Shown here piece by piece: positions 19,537-28,740 of a stretch of DNA of 64,000 bases; the stretch's first letter is position 1, and each line of letters begins with the position of its first letter. The translations under genes and the position numbers were made by a program. The notes under the pieces are model-generated. The model saw nothing but the letters and a program-made list of their open reading frames with translations. It was not told where the DNA came from and did not search any database. Source of the stretch: an uncultured Actinomycetota bacterium (GTDB lineage Bacteria; Actinomycetota; Humimicrobiia; Humimicrobiales; Humimicrobiaceae); NCBI GenBank assembly GCA_964601205.1, contig CAZRML010000020.1:2291-66290 (forward strand). Reading direction: 5' to 3'.

Positions 19537-21546
19537 TTATCGGTAGAGGAAACTGCCATCTTTATCGATATAAGAAGAATTGGTCAGATTGGTTTTTTCT
19601 CCGGTGGCAAGATTTATTAAAATTAAATCTTCGCGGGAACCTTTTCTTTCTTCATAAATTATATATTTTCCATCAGGTGAAAAAGATGGGTGGCCGTCCT
19701 CTTCAGGGTTGCTGTTTAACCTGGTTTCATTCTGGCCGGTATAATCCATAATCCAGATATCGGCATATCTATCAGAATATCTCATATAAGTTATTTTACT
19801 TCCGTCCGGTGATACATCCGGAACCCTTCTTCTTGGCCCATCAGTACATATTTTTCTTTTTCCGGAGCCGTCGTGATTCATTACATAAATATTTTCATGT
19901 CCGGTAGTTCCTGATTCGTATATAACCATATATTCAGAAGGATGCCCGGTTGGGTGCCAGTCATGGGAGTCGCGGTTAAAGGTAAGCCTTTTTTGCTCTG
20001 TTCCGTCGCTTTTAATTCTATATATTTCCCAGTCTCCATCACTATATATCTCAAAATATATATATTTTCCGTCATAAGACCAGGAAGGATAGGCACATCT
20101 ATGGTTGCCCGTGGTAATTTGCTTTTTATTATTACCATTCCAGTCCATAACCATAATCTGCCAGACCCCGCCTATATCAGCAGTGTAGGCAATTTTTTCT
20201 CCATCGGGAGATACTTCCGGATACAGGTCGCTGCCGCTGCTGCTGGTCAGGCGGGTGAGCCCTGTCCCGTCAATATTTATACTGTATATATTTTCATTGC
20301 CATCTCTATTGGAATTAAATATTATTTTTTTGGTATTGTGCTGCCCGGTATCTATAGAAGGCTCTTCCACGACCTTTCGTTTTTCTTCAAGGTATTTTTC
20401 AAGGACATTTTTATCGATTGCCAGTCCGGTTATTTCAATAATGTTCTCATTATTGAACTTTTGTGTGTCAACCCTGGCATTAATTATTGCTTTTTCTTCT
20501 CTTATCCCGGATAAGTAAATATCTCTTGTTTCATAATTAAACGAATTGTCCACGGAGCTAAACGCATAAATGAATATAGTGTGGGTGGAACCGGGCTCAA
20601 GGTCAATTAGATTTTCAAATGTGTAACCACTATTTAAATAGTTTGAATTTTCAAGATAGCCGGCAACGTCCTCTCTGGGAATTCCGTATTCAGTATTCCC
20701 GATAAATTTTCCATAACCCTCTGGTCCATCAAGGTAGATTTCAATGTTTGATATTCCGGGGTTTTCTTTGTACCTAAGGTCAACAGCCCATCCTTTAATA
20801 TTCTGTAGGCTGGAGGTTATACTCTTATCTTCCGGTTTTTCTACAAATATGGTTATTTTTTTCTCGCATTTTTCTTCTCCGGACAAACTTACCTGCTGTC
20901 TTGTGTAGCCCCACTCTGACTGCCGGGTGTAAAAGTAAATATAAATATAGTGGTTAGAACCGGCTTCAAGGTTCAGATTACTGTCATTTTTAATGTTAAA
21001 TCTAAAACCTGTATTTATAAAATCCTCACCGTACAGCTGTAATGCTTCCACAGATTCAAGGTTTGAAGTTGTTTCCCCGAGGTATATGCCGTTTTCCATA
21101 TCTCCATCAAGAAAAAATTTTATGGTACCGGCTTTTATCTCTTCTCTGTCTTCTTCCTCCTTTTCTATGGTTTCTTCTCCATCTGTATTTTCACTATCTT
21201 CGTTTTGTTTATTCTCAGATACTTCTGCATCCTGGCTTGCAGAGTCTAAAGAACTGTCATTCTTATCATCCGGAGTTTCAGGGTTATCAGCGGTATCCAC
21301 GGCCGGAGTGTCACTGATATCTTTAACTATGTATTCGCGGTTAGTAATAAAAAATTTTTGTATATCATTTATTGTTTCTACCCTTGAGACAGGTAATTTG
21401 TTTTTATCCCATGGTTTTGCTGATAGCGGCCCTTCTGAAGTGTTTTCCCGGCTTTCGGCGTCTTTTGTTGTACTGATTACCGCGATGCTTAAGAGGGTGC
21501 TTATTGATAAAAAAATAATTAGAAGTATTATTATTATAAATCTCAT
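19537..21546 (-). CDS. membrane-anchored protein with Ig-like repeats and TolB-like (PD40) beta-propeller (paralog of 17029..18795)
   Basis: Same architecture; SPDG.KIAYT.DI.GVWQI.VM.W.G shared with its paralog. Confidence 0.82.
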   Translation of the reverse strand: MRFIIIILLIIFLSISTLLSIAVISTTKDAESRENTSEGPLSAKPWDKNKLPVSRVETINDIQKFFITNREYIVKDISDTPAVDTADNPETPDDKNDSSLDSASQDAEVSENKQNEDSENTDGEETIEKEEEDREEIKAGTIKFFLDGDMENGIYLGETTSNLESVEALQLYGEDFINTGFRFNIKNDSNLNLEAGSNHYIYIYFYTRQSEWGYTRQQVSLSGEEKCEKKITIFVEKPEDKSITSSLQNIKGWAVDLRYKENPGISNIEIYLDGPEGYGKFIGNTEYGIPREDVAGYLENSNYLNSGYTFENLIDLEPGSTHTIFIYAFSSVDNSFNYETRDIYLSGIREEKAIINARVDTQKFNNENIIEITGLAIDKNVLEKYLEEKRKVVEEPSIDTGQHNTKKIIFNSNRDGNENIYSINIDGTGLTRLTSSSGSDLYPEVSPDGEKIAYTADIGGVWQIMVMDWNGNNKKQITTGNHRCAYPSWSYDGKYIYFEIYSDGDWEIYRIKSDGTEQKRLTFNRDSHDWHPTGHPSEYMVIYESGTTGHENIYVMNHDGSGKRKICTDGPRRRVPDVSPDGSKITYMRYSDRYADIWIMDYTGQNETRLNSNPEEDGHPSFSPDGKYIIYEERKGSREDLILINLATGEKTNLTNSSYIDKDGSFLYR

Positions 21547-21727
21547 ATAGGATTAAGGCTGTTTACAATAATTTTATTGTTTTTGTTATGGTAGTATAAA
21601 TTTTTAATTAGTACAATTATAATTAAGAAATCTTTAAAAAATAAAAACAGTGCAGGGATAAATCCGGGATTATATTATAATTAAAGCAGAAATAAAGCGA
21701 AAAGTAACATATTCTTAATTTTTTAAT

Positions 21728-23302
21728 ATGAGCAGAATATTTATAGCAGGCATGAGCCCCCTTCCATTTGAAAATGACAGGAAGGTATATGGAACCGGTA
21801 TAAGAACATGGCAGTTTTTACTTCCACTGTTAGAGGAGGGCCATAAAATTTGTGTATGTAATTATGCTGTTCCTTCAGCATATCCTGATGGTTATAAGTC
21901 AGAGTACAGGAAAAATTTTGTTTATAGTGAAGATGGCCCTGCAGATAAAAAGAATTCTGGTGATTCTAAAAGCAGCAACTCCGGAGGCATAGGGGGCAGG
22001 AAAGCGTATGCCGGTAACTCTGTCAGTGTGGACGGCGGGATAAAGGACAATCCTGAATATAGCTTTGAGTACAACATATTGAGAAAAGAGGATTTTGAGA
22101 ATGTTGAACTTATGTCCCGGATATTTAATGAATTCAAACCTGACTGTGCTATTGGATGTACTTTTTATCCTTCATATATTCTCTCTAAACTAATCAGTTA
22201 TTCTAATAAAGATATACCGTTCCGGGCTGATTTGTTTGGCCATGTAATGGCCGAAGCACAGGCGCGCGCCTATATGGACGGTAGTGATGAGTGTCTTTTC
22301 CATTACTGGAATAGTGAGTATAATATTATATCTGCGGCTGATGTTTTTTCCTGTGTATCTTCAAGACAGAAGTATGCTTTAATAGGAGAGCTGGGAGCTG
22401 CAGGCAGGCTTAACCGTTATACCGCCGGTTATAATTTTACAGATGTGATTCCATGTGGTATCCCTGAAACGGGGTATAGACATACCAGAAAAGTAATCAG
22501 GGGAAAATCCGGCATAAAAGAAGGGGATTTCGTGGTACTCTGGACCGGTGGATATAACACCTGGACAGATGTTGATACCCTGTTTAGAGGACTGATAATT
22601 GCCATGAAAAAAAATCCTGATATTAAATTTGTATCAACAGGAGGCGAGATTCCTGAACAGGACCTGAAGACTTATCCTCATTTTCTTTCCATGGTAAATG
22701 AAAGCTTTTATAAAGATAGATTTATAATGAAAGGATGGGTACCCGGAGAAGATGTCCCGAATTACTACCTTGAAGCTGATGCCGGTATAAACATTGATAA
22801 AGATATTTATGAAGTCAGGCTGGGCAGTAAAAACCGTATTATGGATTGGTTCAGAGCCGGTCTGTGCGTGCTGTCTTCAAATGTGTGTGAATTGACAGAT
22901 ATTATAGAAAAAGAAGAAATTGGTTATACATTTAAACCTTATGATTATAAGGAATTAAGCGATAAATTAGTCTATATGGCAACGCATCGCCGCGAGGTGG
23001 GAAAAACTGCAGCTGCGGGAAAAATTTATGCATTGAAAAATTTTAATTTCAGTAAGACTACCTTAAGATTGAGGGAATGGGTTAGAAACCCTGTATTTTC
23101 TCCAGATAAAGGGAAGGAAAAGAAATTATTCCTAAACAGAGAAGAAGCCCTGAGGAATATTGATGAGATAGCTTTCCGGCAGAAGCAAATGATAGAAGAA
23201 AGGGACAGGAGAATATCCGAGCTTGAAGGGATCGTCAGCAAGAATCTGATTTATAAAATATATAGTTATTTTAAAGTTGCTAAAAGGAGAATATTTCACT
23301 GA
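21728..23302 (+). CDS. glycosyltransferase, GT-B fold (family 4-like), with short C-terminal coiled coil
   Basis: GT-B C-terminal motifs (ADAG.N, RI.D...AGL.V.S); homologous to 24510..26831. Confidence 0.78.
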   Translation: MSRIFIAGMSPLPFENDRKVYGTGIRTWQFLLPLLEEGHKICVCNYAVPSAYPDGYKSEYRKNFVYSEDGPADKKNSGDSKSSNSGGIGGRKAYAGNSVSVDGGIKDNPEYSFEYNILRKEDFENVELMSRIFNEFKPDCAIGCTFYPSYILSKLISYSNKDIPFRADLFGHVMAEAQARAYMDGSDECLFHYWNSEYNIISAADVFSCVSSRQKYALIGELGAAGRLNRYTAGYNFTDVIPCGIPETGYRHTRKVIRGKSGIKEGDFVVLWTGGYNTWTDVDTLFRGLIIAMKKNPDIKFVSTGGEIPEQDLKTYPHFLSMVNESFYKDRFIMKGWVPGEDVPNYYLEADAGINIDKDIYEVRLGSKNRIMDWFRAGLCVLSSNVCELTDIIEKEEIGYTFKPYDYKELSDKLVYMATHRREVGKTAAAGKIYALKNFNFSKTTLRLREWVRNPVFSPDKGKEKKLFLNREEALRNIDEIAFRQKQMIEERDRRISELEGIVSKNLIYKIYSYFKVAKRRIFH

Positions 23303-23377
23303 ATATTGGATAAGAGCGGATGCTATATTTAAAAAGATGTAAGTATTCAAAATATTTCTGTTATTAATTTTTTCGGT

Positions 23378-24424
23378 ATGAATTATAAAAGCCTGATAAT
23401 AATTGTTACTTATAACAGTGAAAATTTTATTGAAAAATGCCTTCATTCAATAATTGCCCAGGATTATACAGACTGGTTTCTGATTGTAGCCGACAATGCT
23501 TCTAAAGATGAAACAGTTACAAAAATAAGGGAATTCAGGAATACGTACCCCGGGTTAGATACCGGCAATTTCAAACTAATTGCACTCAGGAAAAATATGG
23601 GATTTGCAGGTGCGGTTAATCATGCGTTTTTTAATTTCATAAAAGCAAAAAGGGAAAATACAGGTAAACAACCAGAGTTTTTAATTTTATTAAATCCGGA
23701 TATCTATATTGACAGGGGCTCTTTAAAAAAAATGGTTTCTTTTTATAAAACGGTAAATGAAAAAATAAACAGGGGACAATCCCGGGCAGGCAGGATAGGG
23801 GCCGCAGGAGGACTGATTCTTGATTATAACAGGGACACCATCCAGCATTATGGAGGAAAAATACGAGATAATTTTGTTACCTATCATATAAATTCCGGAA
23901 AAGATTATTCTGCTATTAAGAATGAAAAAGGAAAGACTGAAAATGGGAAAGGCAGTCTGTACCGTGAGGATAGAATAAAAGATGTAGATTATGTTACCGG
24001 AGCTTTTTTTGTTACGGATTTCGGGTTATTCAGTGGTCTGGGCGGGTTTGACGCCGGGTATCGCCCTGCTTATTTTGAGGAACTTGATTATTGCCTTAAA
24101 CTTAAAAAAATTAAAAGGAGAGTTGTAGTAAACCCCGATTCTGTTGCCAGGCATTTTGAAGGGGCTTCAGTAAAAAAATTCAGCAGAAATTTTTACCGGT
24201 TTTACCATAAAAATAGAATCAGATGCGCAATAATTAATATGGATTTTTTGACATTTTTAAAAGTGTTCTTAAGAGCTGAGCTGAGATGGTTAAAAAAAGA
24301 GCCAGCAGCTGACCAGTTTCTGCCTTTATTTTATGCTTATTTTATAAATTTTCTATTTCTACCCTGTAATTTGATAATTAAATTAAAAAATCATTTAATC
24401 TTAAATAAATTAGAGTTAAAATGA
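23378..24424 (+). CDS. glycosyltransferase family 2 (WbbL/RfbF-like)
   Basis: IIVTYNS, DNAS.D, N.GFAGA.N, LLNPD, GFD..Y..YFEE.D.C. Confidence 0.85.
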   Translation: MNYKSLIIIVTYNSENFIEKCLHSIIAQDYTDWFLIVADNASKDETVTKIREFRNTYPGLDTGNFKLIALRKNMGFAGAVNHAFFNFIKAKRENTGKQPEFLILLNPDIYIDRGSLKKMVSFYKTVNEKINRGQSRAGRIGAAGGLILDYNRDTIQHYGGKIRDNFVTYHINSGKDYSAIKNEKGKTENGKGSLYREDRIKDVDYVTGAFFVTDFGLFSGLGGFDAGYRPAYFEELDYCLKLKKIKRRVVVNPDSVARHFEGASVKKFSRNFYRFYHKNRIRCAIINMDFLTFLKVFLRAELRWLKKEPAADQFLPLFYAYFINFLFLPCNLIIKLKNHLILNKLELK

Positions 24425-24509
24425 TTGCAATCTTGAAATAAAAAAATAACCTGGAGTTTTTAACGTAAAAAGGCTTTTAGATAATATCTAAAGCGGCAGA
24501 GGAGAAATA

Positions 24510-26831
24510 ATGGAGAAAGAAGTTGTTGAACCGGATAAGAAAAAACGGTCAAGAATATGTATAATAAGCTATGATGTAATTGGTAAAAAAATGGCCGGGC
24601 CCGGCATACGTTTCTATGAATTTGCAAAGATTCTATCAAATTATCTTGATGTTACTTTACTGGCTCCCAACAGAGTAGATATTGATATAGATGGATTTAA
24701 AACCAGGCAGTATAAATTAAATAGCTATAAGAGCCTGCAGAGAAGCGTTGAGAATTCTGAAATTATATTAATACAGGGACACATCCTTTATTATTTTCCT
24801 TTCCTGAAAAACTTTAAGGGAAAGATTATTGTAGACCTTTATAATCCCTTCAATCTTGAGAGCCTGGAGATGTTCAGGGAAAGCGATATGGTAGAAAGGC
24901 TCAGGATTGATAAGAATAATTTAAATATATTAAAGCTTCAGCTTACCATTGGAGATTTTTTTATCTGTGCGAGTGAAAAACAGAGGGACTACTGGGTAGG
25001 AATGTTGAATGCTATGGGCAGGATCAATCCATATAATTATGACTCCGACAATACTTTGAGGAATTTGATAGATATAGTGCCTTCCGGCATACCTTCCCAA
25101 CCACCCCGGCGCAATAATTTTTCCATAAGAGATATTGCGCCTGACGTTAGTGAAGAAGATAAGTTAGTTTTATGGGGAGGTGGAATATGGAACTGGCTTG
25201 ACCCTATCACAGCGATAAAAGCAATATGGGAAATTACAAGAAACAGGAAAGATATAAAGCTGGTGTTTATGGGGGTAAATCACCCTGACCCCAAGCTTCC
25301 CCGGATGAAAAAGTGTGTGGAAGCTATAAATCTGGCAAAAGAGCTGGATTTATATGATAAAAATATATTTTTTAATGAATGGACCCCGTATGACCTGAGG
25401 CAGGCTGTTCTGCTGGATTCGGATGCGGGATTATCCATTCATAGTGACAGGATTGAAACAGAATTTTCCTACAGGACCAGGGTCATTGATTACATATGGG
25501 CGAGACTTCCTGTAATAACCACCGAGGGTGATTCTATCGCACGAATTGTAAAGAGCGAGAATATTGGTGAGGTGGTAAGTTATGAGGATACGCACCAGCT
25601 TGCCAGAGTAATAGAAAGTGTGGCTACCAATAAAAGCTTAAAAGAAATTTATAGTAAAAATTTAAATAGGATTGCTCCCCGGTTTTACTGGGAAAATGTA
25701 ACCGAACCACTGGTTAAATATTGTGTTAATTCTTATTATTCACTGGATAAGAAAACGATAGTTGAGATGATAGATTTACAGAATAGTAAGATTTCGAGGA
25801 TTATAAAGAAGAATTTTGAGGGTTGCGCGAATGTTTTAAAAATAACTTCTAATAAATACAGGGACGAAGATATTATAAATAAAAAAGATGTGGGTAAAAT
25901 TTTTAATCTGGAAGTGGACGGCGACCTTACTTTATTTGATGATGAAGATGAATATTCGGGCCTGGATAAAATAGGGATTTTAAAATCTAAAATAACCCAG
26001 AGAACAAAGTTTGATGGAATTATTGTAAATAATGCTTTTCTAAAAATTACTCCAAAATTTTTCTATGACCTGACAAATGTACTTGCTTCAAAATTAAAGA
26101 AAGAAGGCCTGTTATTTTTTTCCATACCAGAAAAGAGAGGACTTTATAAACTTCTGGGTGAGGGAATAAAAGAGGATAGAACAGGTACCAGAATTGATGA
26201 TTTTACCATTGAATTTATATTTAAAAATGCAGGATTTGAAATCGTGGAAAAAGGAATATGGGATAAGTTTGAAAAGAATCCTGAGTCTGCTGGTGGTAAT
26301 AATACGGGAGAGGTATATGGAGAAAATGAATTATTTGAACTTTTTGAAATACAATTAAATAGGGAAAACTTTTATAATTTGAAACTTTTGAGCCGGCTGG
26401 ATATTCTGGGTTCAGAGGAGATTACGGAAGATAAAACCATAAAAGGAAAGTTAAGAAAATATATGCATTTTCTTACCAGTATGTATTTTGAGAATTTAAG
26501 AAAGAGCTACAATGAATCAATTAAAGCCATTAATAATAATATCCAGCTGCAGATAAACAGGGAAATTAATGAACTAAATCGTAAAAACCGCGAGAGGCTT
26601 TTACTTATATACTTTAATATTTTCAGGACTCTTTATGAAGAAGTTAAGAATCTGGGTTATAATATCATCAGCCTGAGAGAAATTCTGGGGGGATTTAAAC
26701 CCAGAAATAAATCGGGAACGGTTATGGACATTGACCAGAAACTGGAAGTACTGTTGAGGGGTTTAGAGAATATTGATAGGATAATCGGGCTTTCAGTTTC
26801 CAATAGGTATTATCTTGCAAAGAAAATATAA
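24510..26831 (+). CDS. glycosyltransferase family 4 fused to a degenerate methyltransferase-like / coiled-coil C-terminus
   Basis: MAGPGIR, WGGGIWNWLD, RTRV.DY.WA.LP GT-B region; C-terminal FD.I......F, LK.EG.L.FS.P, F..AGFE.V pattern. Confidence 0.75.
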   Translation: MEKEVVEPDKKKRSRICIISYDVIGKKMAGPGIRFYEFAKILSNYLDVTLLAPNRVDIDIDGFKTRQYKLNSYKSLQRSVENSEIILIQGHILYYFPFLKNFKGKIIVDLYNPFNLESLEMFRESDMVERLRIDKNNLNILKLQLTIGDFFICASEKQRDYWVGMLNAMGRINPYNYDSDNTLRNLIDIVPSGIPSQPPRRNNFSIRDIAPDVSEEDKLVLWGGGIWNWLDPITAIKAIWEITRNRKDIKLVFMGVNHPDPKLPRMKKCVEAINLAKELDLYDKNIFFNEWTPYDLRQAVLLDSDAGLSIHSDRIETEFSYRTRVIDYIWARLPVITTEGDSIARIVKSENIGEVVSYEDTHQLARVIESVATNKSLKEIYSKNLNRIAPRFYWENVTEPLVKYCVNSYYSLDKKTIVEMIDLQNSKISRIIKKNFEGCANVLKITSNKYRDEDIINKKDVGKIFNLEVDGDLTLFDDEDEYSGLDKIGILKSKITQRTKFDGIIVNNAFLKITPKFFYDLTNVLASKLKKEGLLFFSIPEKRGLYKLLGEGIKEDRTGTRIDDFTIEFIFKNAGFEIVEKGIWDKFEKNPESAGGNNTGEVYGENELFELFEIQLNRENFYNLKLLSRLDILGSEEITEDKTIKGKLRKYMHFLTSMYFENLRKSYNESIKAINNNIQLQINREINELNRKNRERLLLIYFNIFRTLYEEVKNLGYNIISLREILGGFKPRNKSGTVMDIDQKLEVLLRGLENIDRIIGLSVSNRYYLAKKI

Positions 26832-26886
26832 TTTTAACTGGTGATTTTTCTAAAAGCGGGTTTAATAAGAATAAATACTTAAAATT

Positions 26887-27285
26887 ATGATTAAAAGGAG
26901 CGGGCATTTGAGTTTAACAGGTTCTATACTTCTAATACTGCTGAGTATTTCCATAGCCGTCGGGGGACAATTACTATTAAAAATAGGGATAAATCGTATC
27001 GGAATAGTCAATATTGAAGGGTTTGATTTTTTAAAGCAATTATTTCTGGGGGTGATAAAAAGCCCCCTGATTTTAACCGGCCTGTTTTTATATGTAATTT
27101 CTGCTGCTATATGGCTTATAGTAATATCTGTAGTGGATTTGAGCTTTGCTTATCCATTTATTGGTTTTACATATGTAATGGTGCTTGTTCTTTCAAAATT
27201 TATATTGAAAGAGGATGTTAATCCTGTGCGCTGGATAGGAGCAATTGTAATAACGATCGGGGTAATTGTAATTTCCAGAAGCTAG
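26887..27285 (+). CDS. SMR/EamA-like 4-TM transporter (ArnF-like)
   Basis: GQLLLK.G, W...S..DLSFAYP, L.E.V...RWIG...I..GV. Confidence 0.8.
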   Translation: MIKRSGHLSLTGSILLILLSISIAVGGQLLLKIGINRIGIVNIEGFDFLKQLFLGVIKSPLILTGLFLYVISAAIWLIVISVVDLSFAYPFIGFTYVMVLVLSKFILKEDVNPVRWIGAIVITIGVIVISRS

Positions 27286-27316
27286 TATCCTGATTAAAGG
27301 TAAGGTGAGGTTTTAA

Positions 27317-28729
27317 TTGAGCGAGGATGATGACCCTTTAATATCAATCATAACAGTAAATTTTAATGGCAAATTATTTTTAAAAAATCTTTTTAATTCT
27401 ATTATTAGTCTTAATTACCCTGCTGATAAAATTCAGATGATAATGGTTGATAACAGCTCTACCGATGGTTCAGTAGAATTTGTAAAAAAAGAATTTCCGT
27501 GGGTGGAAGTAATCGGACTAGGGGAGAACAGGGGGTATGCCGGCGGTAATAATGAAGGCTTCAGACATTCAAAGGGCAGATATATAGCTTTAATAAATAA
27601 TGACTGTATTGTAGAAAAAGATTGGTTGTCTGAAATGCTGTCTATTTTCAGACAATCAACCGATGATTCCAAAATAGGGGCTGTGGGCTCCAAAGTGGTT
27701 TTTTATTATAGCTATCTTCCTTTTCAGCTTATTACCCACTGTACCGGCCAGAGTGAAAATAAAAACGGCAAAAGATCAAGAAGACTGGGGGTTAAAATAT
27801 GTGATTTAACCATAACAATTGATGGCAATGGTGCCGTAGATTATTATAACCCGTTAGAAAATAATATTAAGTACCTGGATGGGTTCTATCCCGCTGAGTC
27901 TGACAGTAACGGGAGAAGCTATCACTGGACACAGGACAATGCAATACTTGCAATACCGGTGGCAAATACTGAAAGGGACATGGAGTTGCAGTTCAAAGCG
28001 GCAACTTATATCTCACCGAATAACTTACAGGTAGTAGCGGGTGAAGAAATAGTAAAGGATGTAAGACTCTCAAAAAGATTAAAGGCAATAAAAATAAAAA
28101 TCCCTAAAAAGTATTTTATTAACTCCAAGGACATAATCAACAGTTGTGGCGTTAAAATAAATAAATCATTTTACAGCAGAGACAGGGGCATGGAAAGTAT
28201 TGATGAAGGCCAGTATAACCGTGTTGAGGAAGTTTTTGGCCTTTCCGGAAGCAGTGTTATACTTGACAGGAAAATGCTGGAGGAAACGGGTTATTTCGAT
28301 GAAAGTTTTTTTACCTATTATGAGGATATTGATTTGTTCTGGAGGGCAAGACTGGCAGGCTGGAAGATTTTCTTTACTCCCGGTTCTGTTGCCAGGCATT
28401 TTCATTGTGGAACGGGCAGGGAATGGTCTTATGACTTTACCTATTATGTAATAAGAAACAGACTTCTAATGATTTTTAAGTGTGGCTGGCCGCTCCTGTT
28501 TCTCAGGTGCTATCTGGCGTTTGTGGTCTCGGGTTTGATTCATATTTTATATTATCTATCAGGTCTGTTAAAGGGTATGAGGCAAAAAAGAGTTGACATA
28601 CCTGCAAGAATTAGAGTATTTTTTGAGCTTTTCTATTTATTGCCCAAAAATTTGATAAGAAGGATTAGAATAAGAACTGACCGCAGGGTTAAGGATAAAA
28701 TTATAAAAAGCTGGATTAGAAATTTTTAG
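27317..28729 (+). CDS. glycosyltransferase family 2 with internal beta-sandwich insertion
   Basis: I.VNFNG, DN.STDGS, N.GYAGGNN, INND, FDE.FF.YYED.DL.WR; about 135-aa insertion. Confidence 0.85.
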   Translation: MSEDDDPLISIITVNFNGKLFLKNLFNSIISLNYPADKIQMIMVDNSSTDGSVEFVKKEFPWVEVIGLGENRGYAGGNNEGFRHSKGRYIALINNDCIVEKDWLSEMLSIFRQSTDDSKIGAVGSKVVFYYSYLPFQLITHCTGQSENKNGKRSRRLGVKICDLTITIDGNGAVDYYNPLENNIKYLDGFYPAESDSNGRSYHWTQDNAILAIPVANTERDMELQFKAATYISPNNLQVVAGEEIVKDVRLSKRLKAIKIKIPKKYFINSKDIINSCGVKINKSFYSRDRGMESIDEGQYNRVEEVFGLSGSSVILDRKMLEETGYFDESFFTYYEDIDLFWRARLAGWKIFFTPGSVARHFHCGTGREWSYDFTYYVIRNRLLMIFKCGWPLLFLRCYLAFVVSGLIHILYYLSGLLKGMRQKRVDIPARIRVFFELFYLLPKNLIRRIRIRTDRRVKDKIIKSWIRNF

Positions 28730-28740
28730 CGGGTATTTTT

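Noticed and set aside
17029-21546. Calling the propeller proteins true TolB of a Tol-Pal system
   Set aside because: They lack the TolB N-terminal domain, are TM-anchored with Ig-like repeats, and have no tolQRA/pal neighbours
19881-21550. Long alternative ORFs (19942..20514, 20993..21550 and others) over the propeller gene
   Set aside because: Antisense or out-of-frame shadows of a clearly coding repetitive gene; Ser/Phe-rich with no motifs
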